Shown in pieces: positions 63,354 through 64,000 of a stretch of 64,000 bases of DNA. How positions within the stretch are numbered: the stretch's first letter is position 1; the number at the start of each line of letters is the position of its first letter. Both the position numbers and the translations under genes were made by a program. The notes below the pieces were generated by a model. The model was not told the DNA's origin. It searched no databases and worked only from the letters and a program-made list of their open reading frames with translations. Source of the stretch: Hydrurus foetidus. Taxonomy: Eukaryota. Location of the stretch: contig UYFQ01000032.1 of the NCBI GenBank assembly GCA_900617105.1, positions 62,001 to 126,000 on the forward strand, in the 5' to 3' direction.

Positions 63354-64000
63354 TTACCGTGGCAAGTCGCTGAAGCCCATTAGAAATTCGTCAACCGAAC
63401 GCGCGGCCTGGCGGCCTTCGCGAATCGCCCACACCACCAGGCTTTGGCCGCGGCGCATGTCGCCAGCTGCAAACACCTTGGGCACATTGGTGGCGTAGCC
63501 GCCAATGAACTCGGTGCTGGCCTTGGCGTTGCCGCGGCCATCCTTGTCCACACCGAACACGTCCAGAATGGTCGCTACGGGGTTCACAAAGCCCATGGCC
63601 AGCAACACCAGATCGGCCTTCAGCACTTTTTCGCTGCCAGGAACGTCGACCAATTTGCCGTCCTTGAATTCGACCTGCACGGTCTTCAGACCAGTGACCT
63701 TGCCTTTTTCGCCGACGAATTCCTTGGTCGAAATCGAGAACACGCGCTCGCAACCTTCTTCGTGGCTGGAGCTGGTGCGCAGTTTCAGCGGCCAGTAGGG
63801 CCACGTCATGGGGCGGTTTTCTTCTTCGGGCGGTTGGGGCATCACCTCGAACTGGGTCACGCTGACCGCGCCGTGGCGGTTGCTGGTGCCCACGCAATCG
63901 GAGCCGGTGTCGCCACCGCCGATGACGATGACGTGTTTGCCATCGGCACGCAACTGGCCCTTGAGCTTGTCGCCCGCGTTGACCTTGTTTTGCTGGGGCA
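63354..64000 (-). CDS. gltD: Glutamate synthase small subunit (5' end outside window)
   Basis: [29 protein letters not shown]. Confidence 0.93.
   Translation of the reverse strand, partial: PQQNKVNAGDKLKGQLRADGKHVIVIGGGDTGSDCVGTSNRHGAVSVTQFEVMPQPPEEENRPMTWPYWPLKLRTSSSHEEGCERVFSISTKEFVGEKGKVTGLKTVQVEFKDGKLVDVPGSEKVLKADLVLLAMGFVNPVATILDVFGVDKDGRGNAKASTEFIGGYATNVPKVFAAGDMRRGQSLVVWAIREGRQAARSVDEFLMGFSDLPR

Overview
Betaproteobacterial chromosomal window; gene content and order suggest Comamonadaceae (inferred). 1-13.2 kb: Wzx/Wzy-type polysaccharide locus (gmd, fcl, wzx, two O-acyltransferases, GT2, wzy-like polymerase, secreted GH5, tandem GT4-GT4, GT4, ugd) with an AT-rich core. 13.1-16.8 kb: a toxin-antitoxin/Fic hotspot in which the ugd 3' end recurs twice more. 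It holds one intact Fic, an unannotated SxxxEG antitoxin, and internally deleted or truncated remnants of a PIN toxin, a Fic toxin, a DUF5615-like toxin, fcl and ugd. Next come manB, a pilin + PEP-CTERM pair, rmlBDAC, pilBCD-coaE-zapD-yacG, mutT-argJ-secA, tRNA-Thr(UGU), sspAB, petABC, mscL, pdxA, a DegQ-like protease, tatABC, the his operon (interrupted by a ~3.2 kb insert with a PIN TA pair), murA, an ABC pair, mla genes and partial gltD. A ~62-bp repeat aligns without gaps at nine sites and overlaps coding sequence at several. Frameshifts in petC and at 56-63 kb look like sequencing errors. All calls come from reading motifs by eye; no searches were run.
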